Virus record (IMG/VR): IMGVR_UViG_3300027770_001980
Coordinates: 157,357-221,356 of that record
Direction: 5' to 3' (one strand)
DNA: 64,000 bases
Shown: in pieces, positions 29,588 through 38,669 of the stretch
How positions within the stretch are numbered: the first letter of the stretch is position 1
Layout: every line of letters starts with the position of its first letter
Notes under the pieces: generated by a model
What the model was told of the DNA's origin: nothing
What the model saw: the letters and a program-made list of their open reading frames with translations, nothing else
Database searches by the model: none
Translations under genes and position numbers: made by a program

Positions 29588-31168
29588 ATGGGATCAAAAA
29601 ACTTAGACGGACAATTAGTAAAGAAGGCACACATCACTCAGAAATTCACTGAGAAAGATATAGAAGATCTGGCGGCCTGTATGGACCCTATCAACGGTCC
29701 ACACTATTTCCTGGAACACTTCTTCTACATACAACATCCTATCAAGGGTAAACTATTGTATGAACCTTACGAATATCAAAAAAGACTAATTGACAGTTAT
29801 CACAATAATAGATTCAACGTAAATCTACTTCCTCGTCAAACTGGTAAAACAACTACAGCGGCAGGATATCTATTGTGGTTTGCTATGTTTGTTCCAGACA
29901 GTACCATACTTGTAGCAGCACATAAGCATACAGGTGCTCAAGAGATTATGACCCGTATTAGATATGCCTACGAGTTGTGCCCTGATCATATTCGCTGCGG
30001 CTCTAATAGTTATAATAAACAAAGTCTGGAATTTGATAACGGTAGCCGTATCATGGCACAAACCACTACAGAAACAACAGGTCGTGGTTTGTCATTATCA
30101 TTACTATACGCAGACGAGTTTGCATTCGTACCACCAAACATTGCCAGCGAATTCTGGACTTCAATATCACCTACATTAAGCACAGGTGGTAAGGCCATTA
30201 TCACCAGCACTCCTAACAGTGATGAAGATCAGTTTGCACAGATATGGAAAGAAGCAAATTACAGATTTGACGAATACGGTAACGAACAACCGTTGGGTCG
30301 TAATGGGTTCTTTCCATTCAGAGCATTCTGGCATGAACATCCAGATCGTAATGAAGAGTGGGCAGAAACAGAACGTAGTCGTATCGGGGAAGAACGCTTC
30401 CGACGTGAGCATGATTGCGAATTCTTGGTATTTGATGAAACACTAATCAGCAGTCTTAAGTTAGCTACATTGGAAGGAAGTCGCCCTATAATGAACATGG
30501 GCGAAGCACGTTGGTACAAGAAGATCAATCCTATGAGCACATATATCGTATCAATGGATCCAAGTCTTGGTACAGGCGGAGATCCTGCTGCTATACAAAT
30601 TGTAGAGATACCAAGTTTCGAACAGGTAGGAGAATGGACCCACAATCTTACTACTATTCAAGGACAAGCACGTATACTACGTGACATATGTAACTATCTT
30701 AATGACGAATGTGCCAAACGAGGTGCAGCAGCCAGCATCTATTACAGCGTAGAAAACAATAATATTGGTGAAGCAGCATTAGTAGCTATTAATGAACTTG
30801 GTGAAGAAAGTATTCCAGGTATGTTTTTGAGTGAACCAATTAAGAAAGGCCATGTGCGTAGATTCCGAAAAGGATTCAACACTACACATACTGCTAAAAT
30901 CAATGCCTGTGCCAAGATGAAATACTTAATTGAAACAGATAGATTAAAGGTACACTCCAGTCCTTTTATCAGCGAATTAAAAACATTTGTAGCAAAAGGC
31001 TTGAGTTTTGAAGCCAAAGTTGGAACACACGATGACCTCGTTAGCAGTATGTTATTGGCAATCCGCATGATTTTAGTGCTGCAAGATTGGGATCCTGCGA
31101 TTTATGATAGGATGAGAGAAGAGAAAGACGACGAATTTATCATGCCAATGCCCATATACATAAGTTAA
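29588..31168 (+). CDS. gp17: Terminase large subunit (T4 gp17-like)
   Basis: LLPRQTGKTT (Walker A), LLYADEFAFV (Walker B), ITSTPN, nuclease SMDPSLGTGGD, VENNNIG and HDDLVSS. Confidence 0.96.
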   Translation: MGSKNLDGQLVKKAHITQKFTEKDIEDLAACMDPINGPHYFLEHFFYIQHPIKGKLLYEPYEYQKRLIDSYHNNRFNVNLLPRQTGKTTTAAGYLLWFAMFVPDSTILVAAHKHTGAQEIMTRIRYAYELCPDHIRCGSNSYNKQSLEFDNGSRIMAQTTTETTGRGLSLSLLYADEFAFVPPNIASEFWTSISPTLSTGGKAIITSTPNSDEDQFAQIWKEANYRFDEYGNEQPLGRNGFFPFRAFWHEHPDRNEEWAETERSRIGEERFRREHDCEFLVFDETLISSLKLATLEGSRPIMNMGEARWYKKINPMSTYIVSMDPSLGTGGDPAAIQIVEIPSFEQVGEWTHNLTTIQGQARILRDICNYLNDECAKRGAAASIYYSVENNNIGEAALVAINELGEESIPGMFLSEPIKKGHVRRFRKGFNTTHTAKINACAKMKYLIETDRLKVHSSPFISELKTFVAKGLSFEAKVGTHDDLVSSMLLAIRMILVLQDWDPAIYDRMREEKDDEFIMPMPIYIS

Positions 31169-31188
31169 AGATTTAAATAAATAATAGC

Positions 31189-33804
31189 ATGAAACCTATA
31201 CAAATTATCTCCCAGGACCTATTTGACAAAGTACGTAGTCGTTTTACCAATTTAGAAATGGGTGACGAAACGGGTGCTGTCACAATCGATCCTGCTGAAG
31301 CACGTTTCTTTGATTTTGACTTCGTTAATGAAGGGGTCAATCTCGGACGTGTAAGCATCAGTTTAAACGATCTCGGCAGTTTAAAAATCTACTACAGCCA
31401 AGGCATTACCGAGAACCAAGATGATGTTGCTACACAAATGTGGTACAATTTCCTTAAAGAAATGAGATTGTTTTCCATGCGTAGATTGTTAAGATTTGAT
31501 ACAAGAGATATCGCAAAGACCAATTTAGATAAGAACGATTTTCAACATTTGGCCGCAACACAAGGCCCTAAGGAAGAACCAGATATGAATAATACTATGA
31601 ACGAATCACGTTGGAACCATAAAAGTTCCAGAAAAACCAGCCGTGCAGTACAAGGCAAAACAGAAGTTATTGTACGTCACGCACATCCAGTAGAAGAAAC
31701 ATATCCAGGCGCACGTAGCCAAGCCAAAAATATTAAAGCAATCTTTATTCAGAATCACGATGGCGAACGTTTCAAGTATCCATTTATACACACCGCAGGT
31801 GCGTTCGCAATGGCACAACACGTAGACCACGGCGGCGTTCCACATGATCCAGCAGGCAAAGCAATTATTAAAATGAGTGAGAATATTGCAAAGTTAGGCG
31901 AATTCCAACGACAAATACAACGTAGTTCCTTGCACGACGATGCACATGGAATTGCGGAACGAGCCATAGGCCACATGAATGAACTCAAGGCAAGAGTAGC
32001 AGCACTCGGAAAACGTCATCACTACGAAGCATGGAGAGAAGATTTTGAAATGTCAGGCATGGGTGATGACACCGACGAAATGGTTCTTGACGCAGTAACA
32101 TTAGAAGATTATAAAAGTAAATTTACACAAACAAACTTCCAAGAAGAATTAGTTGGATTTTTTCCGCTACTACACAGAATCATGAGCGAGACCAACGCAG
32201 TCGATCTTGAAGAATATGTATCAGAGCAAAGCGTAACAGAAGATCCGGATAGATTAGGAATTGGCCAACAAATGGCTCGTGACGGAATAAAATATAGTCC
32301 AGATAAAGAAAACGAACTTATTGATTTAATGGCTCAATACATGAAGAAAAATGGGATGAGTTCAAAAGAAATTCGATATCATCTAAATTACGATGAGGAT
32401 TATATCCCCGATCAACTAAGTGACTTACCAAAAGAAGGTAGTAGTGAAGGACCGCCATTTGACTCAGACACAAAATCCAACTTCAGCAAACCCAATAATC
32501 CAAATCGTACAGGCATGGATTCTGCTCGAGCACTAGCACAACGTGGAATGTCACCAGCAGAAAGTATTAACACTTTTGAAGAGTGGGCCAATGCAACCGA
32601 ACAAGGCAAATTAACAGACGAACAGATCCGGGAACTTAAGGCAGCAATTGAGGCATTACCACAAGGACCACAAGGCCCTGAATTAGACTTTGATACCGCA
32701 CATAATTTTTTCAGCGAGTTCGGGCTCGACGACAAAGAATTGCAAAAATCATTACAAGACGAACAAAGTAGAAATCCTGAAATACAGGCAACTCCATTAC
32801 AAATATTCCAATCATGGGCTAACGAAAATTATCCAGAATTATTAACATCATTAGGCATGACAGGAGAAGAACCTGCTCCTGAGGCTCCACCAGAAGAGGC
32901 ACCTCCACCGGAAGCCGGAGCAGCACCAGCAGCACCTGCACCAACAGCACCACCTGCACCCGAACAACCAGTTGCAGAAGGTAAGGGTAACAAGGTAGTT
33001 CAGGAAGTGGCAAAGATTGTTAAGAGTTTTTACAATCAATCTAACGAAAGCGTTGGGCCATTCCGTGCTCCAGAGAACATCGCATTGGATTGCAAAAAGA
33101 CAGTTACTGAAAAGTTTGGTGAGAAAGCTGGCGAACAAGCATACGAAATGGCAGAAGTATTTATTAACAAACTAACACAAGAATGGCATCAGAAACATGG
33201 ACACGTAAAACAGAATCCTGTAGATCACGGCGATGGACTAAGTGTTGATAGTTTGAAAGAAATTTTAGGCAGAATCAAAAGCAAAGTAGAAGGCATCAGT
33301 CAACCAGCAGAAGAAACACCTACAGATGAAACTGCTATAGGAAATGCTTTGTATACACAACGAAAACCACAAGAAAAACCAGCACCACAGAATAATAAAC
33401 CAGAAGAAAAATCAGATGACGATAGTATTCTTGGTAAAATTAAGAATATGTTCTCAGCAACCTACGAAGACAACAAAGAAAAAGACAATTGGCATCCGTC
33501 AAAGCACATCACCGATCCACAAAAGAAAAAAGAACTTGCACCACATGATAAAGATGTAGAGCGTGGCAGTTATGCCGATCGTGCTGCTTATTTAGATGCT
33601 GCTGGTGTCAAACGTACACAAGAAGAAGGCTCCAAAGATGATTTTAGAACACATGGTATGGACAGCCAACCAAGTAAGGAAAAACCAAACGGAAATCCAG
33701 CCCCAACAGATTGGAAAAAAGATCCTATCGCGGCTACAACAGATAGAGCATACGATGCCGGTAAAGCAGCACTACAGAGATTAGCAGGCATTAGAAAAAA
33801 ATAA
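31189..33804 (+). CDS. Large acidic, Pro-rich putative head-internal/core protein (871 aa)
   Basis: TAAATA at 31174-31183. Globular N-terminal part followed by modules separated by acidic or PAPA linkers; ends LQRLAGIRKK. Confidence 0.45.
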   Translation: MKPIQIISQDLFDKVRSRFTNLEMGDETGAVTIDPAEARFFDFDFVNEGVNLGRVSISLNDLGSLKIYYSQGITENQDDVATQMWYNFLKEMRLFSMRRLLRFDTRDIAKTNLDKNDFQHLAATQGPKEEPDMNNTMNESRWNHKSSRKTSRAVQGKTEVIVRHAHPVEETYPGARSQAKNIKAIFIQNHDGERFKYPFIHTAGAFAMAQHVDHGGVPHDPAGKAIIKMSENIAKLGEFQRQIQRSSLHDDAHGIAERAIGHMNELKARVAALGKRHHYEAWREDFEMSGMGDDTDEMVLDAVTLEDYKSKFTQTNFQEELVGFFPLLHRIMSETNAVDLEEYVSEQSVTEDPDRLGIGQQMARDGIKYSPDKENELIDLMAQYMKKNGMSSKEIRYHLNYDEDYIPDQLSDLPKEGSSEGPPFDSDTKSNFSKPNNPNRTGMDSARALAQRGMSPAESINTFEEWANATEQGKLTDEQIRELKAAIEALPQGPQGPELDFDTAHNFFSEFGLDDKELQKSLQDEQSRNPEIQATPLQIFQSWANENYPELLTSLGMTGEEPAPEAPPEEAPPPEAGAAPAAPAPTAPPAPEQPVAEGKGNKVVQEVAKIVKSFYNQSNESVGPFRAPENIALDCKKTVTEKFGEKAGEQAYEMAEVFINKLTQEWHQKHGHVKQNPVDHGDGLSVDSLKEILGRIKSKVEGISQPAEETPTDETAIGNALYTQRKPQEKPAPQNNKPEEKSDDDSILGKIKNMFSATYEDNKEKDNWHPSKHITDPQKKKELAPHDKDVERGSYADRAAYLDAAGVKRTQEEGSKDDFRTHGMDSQPSKEKPNGNPAPTDWKKDPIAATTDRAYDAGKAALQRLAGIRKK

Positions 33805-33815
33805 TCAGTACATCA

Positions 33816-33868
33816 TTGTAAAAATAAATAGAACTGTGTATAGTTAATTCTGTACACAGTTTTTTTTT
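33816..33868 (+). promoter_or_regulatory. Composite terminator hairpin and sigma70-like promoter, copy 1
   Basis: TTGTAA(33816)-N17-TATAGT(33839), with TAAATA in the spacer; stem aactgtgtatag/ctgtacacagtt followed by a T tract. Confidence 0.7.
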
Positions 33869-33884
33869 ATGAAATGAGATTTAT

Positions 33885-34532
33885 ATGGATACGAATCAAT
33901 ACATGGTCGATAATGCACTACCTGGGGTATTTTTTGACATCGGAGCCTGTTCCGGACAATATACTGTACCGATGGCTGCAAAGGCTACTCAGGTATATGC
34001 GTTTGAACCAGCAGCTCATAATTACCACAGAGTAGTAGATGCTACTAAAAACTTAACTAACGTAATTGCTGAAAAAATTGCAATTTCAAATTCTAAAGGC
34101 ACAATAAAACTATTTGCGTGTGAAGGGACTATACCCGATCACGATTGGGGAGGATTTAGTATCAATCCCGAACTGGTATCCATTCCACATTTACATCGAA
34201 GTTTTGAAAATTACGAAGAGGTCTCTACAATTTCGGTAGATGAATATTGCAAAATTAATAATATCACTAACATTACCGGAATGAAAATTGATGTTGAGGC
34301 AGCTGAGGAATTTGTAATCGAAGGTGCGCTAAACACACTAAAAAATAATAATATTCTATTATCGTTAGAAACACATCTCGGTATTAACCGAGAGAGAATT
34401 TATGAGTTACTGACACAAGTTGGATATTCTGTATATCTTGATGGAACTCAAAAGGTTAATGTTATCGATTATGATGCTCGATATGTTTGTAGAAAATACT
34501 TTTTTGGTAATATATCTGTTGAGCAAAATTAA
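33885..34532 (+). CDS. FkbM-family SAM-dependent methyltransferase
   Basis: FFDIGACSGQYT, VYAFEP and MKIDVEAAEEFVIEG motifs. Confidence 0.88.
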   Translation: MDTNQYMVDNALPGVFFDIGACSGQYTVPMAAKATQVYAFEPAAHNYHRVVDATKNLTNVIAEKIAISNSKGTIKLFACEGTIPDHDWGGFSINPELVSIPHLHRSFENYEEVSTISVDEYCKINNITNITGMKIDVEAAEEFVIEGALNTLKNNNILLSLETHLGINRERIYELLTQVGYSVYLDGTQKVNVIDYDARYVCRKYFFGNISVEQN

Positions 34533-34563
34533 AATAATTGGCAAAATTAAGCAACCATAGAGG

Positions 34564-34617
34564 TTGCGATGATAAATAAAACTGTGTATAGTTAACGCTA
34601 TGCACAGTTTTTCTTTT
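34564..34617 (+). promoter_or_regulatory. Composite terminator hairpin and sigma70-like promoter, copy 2 (upstream of gp32)
   Basis: TTGCGA(34564)-N17-TATAGT(34587), with TAAATA in the spacer; stem aaaactgtgtatag/ctatgcacagtttt followed by a T-rich tract. Confidence 0.7.
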
Positions 34618-34670
34618 AGTCAGTTGGCTTTAAGAAAGCGGCATAATACATTTTATAAAGGCAAAACATT

Positions 34671-35663
34671 ATGGCAACATTAGCAGAAATTCGCGCAAAA
34701 CTTCAAGCAAGTTCTCAACAAAACACCGGTAGCGCAAGCGGTGGAGACAACGGCATTTATCCACATTGGAATATGCCAGAAGGTTCAACTACAACAGTTC
34801 GTTTCCTTCCTGACCAAGACCCAAACAACACTTTTTTCTGGATCGAACGTGCAATGATCAAATTGCCTTTCGCTGGAGTCAAAGGCGAAACAAATAGCAA
34901 ACCCGTTACTGTGCAAGTTCCTTGTATGGAAATGTGGGGCGAGACATGTCCAGTATTGACCGAAGTGCGTCCATGGTTCAAAGATAAGTCTTTGGAAGAT
35001 ATGGGTCGTAAGTATTGGAAAAAGAAAAGTTATTTGTTCCAAGGCTTTGTGCTTGATAGCAAATTACAGGAAGATGGAAAGACTCCTGAAAATCCAATCC
35101 GTAGATTTATCATCGGATCACAAATCTTTAACATCGTTAAGAATGCATTGATGGATGCAGAGATTGAAGAAATGCCAACTGACTACGTTCGTGGTTTGGA
35201 TTTCAAGATCGCTAAAACCAGCAAAGGCGGTTATGCTGATTATTCTACCAGCACTTGGGCTCGTCGTGAACGTGCTCTAAATGATGCAGAACAAGCAGCA
35301 ATCAAGCAATTTGGTTTGTTTGATTTGAAATCTTACTTGCCAAAGAAACCCGGCGAAGTTGAACTCAAAGTTATCGCAGAGATGTTCGCAGCCAGCGTTG
35401 ACGGCGAAGCATATGATGGCGATCGTTGGGGTCAATACTTCAAGCCAGCAGGATTTGGTGGTAGTGGTTCGGCAACTGGTTCTACAGCAGCACCGAAAGC
35501 AGCACCAGCGGCAGCACCAATCGAGGAAGATGACGTCCCTTTTGAACGTGCGGCAGCAACACCCGCTAAAGTGGTTGCACAAGATGAACCAAAAGCAGAC
35601 AGCGGCGGTTCACGTGCGGCAGACATTCTTGCAATGATCCGTAGTCGTAACGCATCAAACTAA
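34671..35663 (+). CDS. gp32: Single-stranded DNA-binding protein (T4 gp32-like)
   Basis: VRFLPD, VPCMEMWGETCPV, YWKKKSY, DFKIAKTSKGGYADYS and an acidic flexible tail. Confidence 0.92.
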   Translation: MATLAEIRAKLQASSQQNTGSASGGDNGIYPHWNMPEGSTTTVRFLPDQDPNNTFFWIERAMIKLPFAGVKGETNSKPVTVQVPCMEMWGETCPVLTEVRPWFKDKSLEDMGRKYWKKKSYLFQGFVLDSKLQEDGKTPENPIRRFIIGSQIFNIVKNALMDAEIEEMPTDYVRGLDFKIAKTSKGGYADYSTSTWARRERALNDAEQAAIKQFGLFDLKSYLPKKPGEVELKVIAEMFAASVDGEAYDGDRWGQYFKPAGFGGSGSATGSTAAPKAAPAAAPIEEDDVPFERAAATPAKVVAQDEPKADSGGSRAADILAMIRSRNASN

Positions 35664-35673
35664 GGAGTAACAG

Positions 35674-36729
35674 ATGGGAAAAGCATTTGATATTTCTAAG
35701 TTTAGAAAGTCAATTACTAAGGCCATTGACGGTCTTGGTATTGGCTTTAACGATCCTACTGATTGGATCTCAACTGGTAATTTTGCTCTTAACTATCTTA
35801 TCTCAGGGGACTTCTTTAGGGGAGTTCCTCTTGGTAAAGTTACAGTATTTGCCGGTGAAAGTGGTGCAGGAAAGAGTTATATCTGCTCTGGCAACATCAT
35901 TCGTCACGCTCAGGAACAAGGCATCTTTGTTATCTTAGTTGATAGCGAAAACGCTCTTGATGAAAAGTGGTTGATTGATTTGGGTGTTGATACCAGTGAA
36001 GAAAAACTTCTTAAACTCAATATGGCTATGATTGATGATGTGGCTAAAACCATATCTGAATTCATGAAAGAATATAAAGTCATGCCCGAAGAGACTCGTC
36101 CTAAGATTCTTTTTGTCATCGATAGTTTGGGTATGTTGTTGACTCCAACTGATGTAAATCAGTTCGAAGCAGGCGAGATGAAGGGTGATATGGGTCGTAA
36201 ACCTAAAGCACTTACCAGTCTTGTTCGCAACTGTGTTAATATGTTTGGCTCGTGGAATGTAGGTATGGTTTGTACCAATCATACATACGCAAGTCAGGAC
36301 ATGTTTGATCCAGATGATAAAATTTCGGGTGGACAAGGTTTTATCTACGCAAGCTCTATCGTGGTTGCCATGCGTAAATTGAAATTGAAAACCGATGAAG
36401 ATGGTAATAAGACTACCACTGTAAACGGTATTCGTAGTGCTTGTAAGATCATGAAAACACGCTACTCTAAACCCTTTGAATCAGTACAAGTTGAGATTCC
36501 ATACTCAACAGGTATGAGTCCATTTAGTGGTTTAGTTGATTTGTTTGAAGCCAAAGGTAAGTTGAAGAAAGAAGGCAACAGTCTTGTTTATACAACCAAA
36601 GATGGCGAGATCATCAAGCAATTCCGTAAAGCATGGAACAGTAATGAGAAAGATGGATTGACAGTAATCATGGCTGAATGGGAGGAAACCAATACCCTAG
36701 CAGTCGTGGAAGAAACCGAGGAAGCATAA
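35674..36729 (+). CDS. uvsX: RecA-like recombinase (UvsX)
   Basis: Walker A GESGAGKS, DSENAL, VIDSLG, TNHTY and SGGQG. Confidence 0.95.
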   Translation: MGKAFDISKFRKSITKAIDGLGIGFNDPTDWISTGNFALNYLISGDFFRGVPLGKVTVFAGESGAGKSYICSGNIIRHAQEQGIFVILVDSENALDEKWLIDLGVDTSEEKLLKLNMAMIDDVAKTISEFMKEYKVMPEETRPKILFVIDSLGMLLTPTDVNQFEAGEMKGDMGRKPKALTSLVRNCVNMFGSWNVGMVCTNHTYASQDMFDPDDKISGGQGFIYASSIVVAMRKLKLKTDEDGNKTTTVNGIRSACKIMKTRYSKPFESVQVEIPYSTGMSPFSGLVDLFEAKGKLKKEGNSLVYTTKDGEIIKQFRKAWNSNEKDGLTVIMAEWEETNTLAVVEETEEA

Positions 36730-36730
36730 A

Positions 36731-36979
36731 ATGGAAGAAAATCAAATCATTGGTGTATGGGACACTTTCAAGGATTATATCCCTGAGAAGAATCGTGAAA
36801 CCGCAGCAAATCATTTTGTAGACTTTTTAGTTGGACAAGATGTTGAACTTTCGGTTCTCGAATCTGTTATGGGGTATGATACTCACATGGATGCTGCTAT
36901 TGAACTTGTTGTTGAAGAATTCAAAGACGAAGATCAATTAGACGACGAAGACCAGTATTACGACGAAGACGAGGAATAA
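36731..36979 (+). CDS. Small, highly acidic hypothetical protein
   Basis: 82 aa with a D/E-rich C-terminus (DEDQLDDEDQYYDEDEE). Confidence 0.55.
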   Translation: MEENQIIGVWDTFKDYIPEKNRETAANHFVDFLVGQDVELSVLESVMGYDTHMDAAIELVVEEFKDEDQLDDEDQYYDEDEE

Positions 36980-36981
36980 TC

Positions 36982-37437
36982 GTGAATTGGTACAGCAAAG
37001 TAAGCAAGGATATTGCTCACTTGCCAGGCTGTATTGATTACTATTACCTTGAGTTAGATCAAGCAAGAGCAGAGGTTAAAATCCACGGAAATGTGGAAAA
37101 ATCCTCTGCTGCTTTGCCCGGTCTTGTTGCTCAACGATTTAATCAACTTCAAGAAATTGAAGGTATCTTAGAATATCTAAACATCGAACTACGCCGCTTG
37201 CGTAGTAAAACATTTAAGAAATATTTGGAAAATTATCAACGTGCTCTAACCAGCCGAGATGTTGACAAATACGTAGATGGTGAGGCGGATGTGGTTGATA
37301 TGGAAAAGATTATCAATGAATTTGCATTGCTACGCAATCAATGGTTGGGCATTATCAAGGGATTAGATATCAAGCAATGGCAACTAAGTAATATTATCAA
37401 ACTCCGAACAGCGGGCATGGAAGACGTTGTTATTTGA
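36982..37437 (+). CDS. uvsY: Recombination mediator (UvsY-like)
   Basis: YLENYQRALTSRDVDKYVDGEAD...IIKGLDIKQWQLSNIIKLRTAG; follows uvsX. Confidence 0.85.
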   Translation: MNWYSKVSKDIAHLPGCIDYYYLELDQARAEVKIHGNVEKSSAALPGLVAQRFNQLQEIEGILEYLNIELRRLRSKTFKKYLENYQRALTSRDVDKYVDGEADVVDMEKIINEFALLRNQWLGIIKGLDIKQWQLSNIIKLRTAGMEDVVI

Positions 37438-37478
37438 CACAAAAAGGACTTGCGTCCTTTCGTGTTTTGTAGTATAAT
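37437..37478 (+). promoter_or_regulatory. Terminator-like hairpin overlapping a sigma70-like promoter
   Basis: Stem aaaggac-ttgc-gtccttt; TTGCGT(37450)-N17-TATAAT(37473). Confidence 0.7.
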
Positions 37479-37487
37479 AAACACACT

Positions 37488-38669
37488 ATGTATATTGAAG
37501 ATCTTTTACCCATCCTGTTGCATACTATTAATTTGAACTCCTATGATCAGAAATTGATCGATAGTTTCTACAGTCAAATTAATTATAACGGAAATGCTTT
37601 CACAGAAAAGCAGGCTAATATACTGATCAAAATTTCAAGAAAGTATGTTCCACAGATTTTAGCAAAACATGGGAAAGATATAACCACTCTGTTGGATCAT
37701 CCGACTTACAAATATCCAATCCGTACAGTGAATCAATCCAAAAATATTTCTATCGTTACTGTTGAAAGTGGACATAGATTCATTAAGGTGCAGTTTCCAT
37801 ACGATGAGAAATTAGTTGAGGAATTAAAGCAACATCGCAAGGATTTTGTCTATGCCATGTGGAGTGCAGAAGAACGAGCATGGCTAATTTCATTGCAAGG
37901 TCAGGCAATTGAATATTTCAGAAATTGGATCGAGGATCGTAATTTCACCGCGGATGAAGAATTCCAACATCTTGTTGACCAATTGCCAGCCATAATTGAT
38001 AATGTTGAAAATTTCGTACCTATGGTGGTAATTTCTCAAGAAAAACACCAATTTGTCAATGTGCATCCAAGTGTTCCACAACCTACCAGCACTGACATTG
38101 TCAAAACTATGTTTGAAGCACGCCTTGCTGGTATCGAACATTGGGAAAATGATATGAATGAAAAATTCAATCAACTCAATGTGAGTGAACTGGTCATAAA
38201 ATTCATAAAAACTGCCCCAGAGACTGGATTTGGCATAAATTTGGAAGAAAATTCCATAATGGATTTAGTGCCTATGGTGCAAAATATGTCACCATGTCTC
38301 ATTACTGTACCAGGTGGCAATGAATTGAGTAAATTACAATTGGCTCTACCCATGCTAAAAGCAGCAGGTCTTGAAAATAGTGAAATTAGCGTATTATTCC
38401 GTTTACCCAACGACACAAACCAAGATTTTAATAATTTTGTCAAAGAAGAAAAATTGAATTCTCCTATCACAGAAAATACACGGGCAGTTTTTCTCAGTGG
38501 CAAGGTACCCAAGCCACTGTTTGAATCTGATTTGAAATTTAACTGTGTGATAAATTTTAATTTCTACAATGTTCACTATACTCTTGCAAATTTAGTCAAA
38601 AACATGCATAATGTCATTAACGTGATAGCAGATAAAAAACAAAAGGAAATCCGTTTTGGCGACATGTAA
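37488..38669 (+). CDS. Hypothetical protein with a possible HARP-like domain
   Basis: FIKVQFPYDEKLVEELK...WSAEERAWLI segment; overlaps the uvsW start. Confidence 0.45.
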   Translation: MYIEDLLPILLHTINLNSYDQKLIDSFYSQINYNGNAFTEKQANILIKISRKYVPQILAKHGKDITTLLDHPTYKYPIRTVNQSKNISIVTVESGHRFIKVQFPYDEKLVEELKQHRKDFVYAMWSAEERAWLISLQGQAIEYFRNWIEDRNFTADEEFQHLVDQLPAIIDNVENFVPMVVISQEKHQFVNVHPSVPQPTSTDIVKTMFEARLAGIEHWENDMNEKFNQLNVSELVIKFIKTAPETGFGINLEENSIMDLVPMVQNMSPCLITVPGGNELSKLQLALPMLKAAGLENSEISVLFRLPNDTNQDFNNFVKEEKLNSPITENTRAVFLSGKVPKPLFESDLKFNCVINFNFYNVHYTLANLVKNMHNVINVIADKKQKEIRFGDM

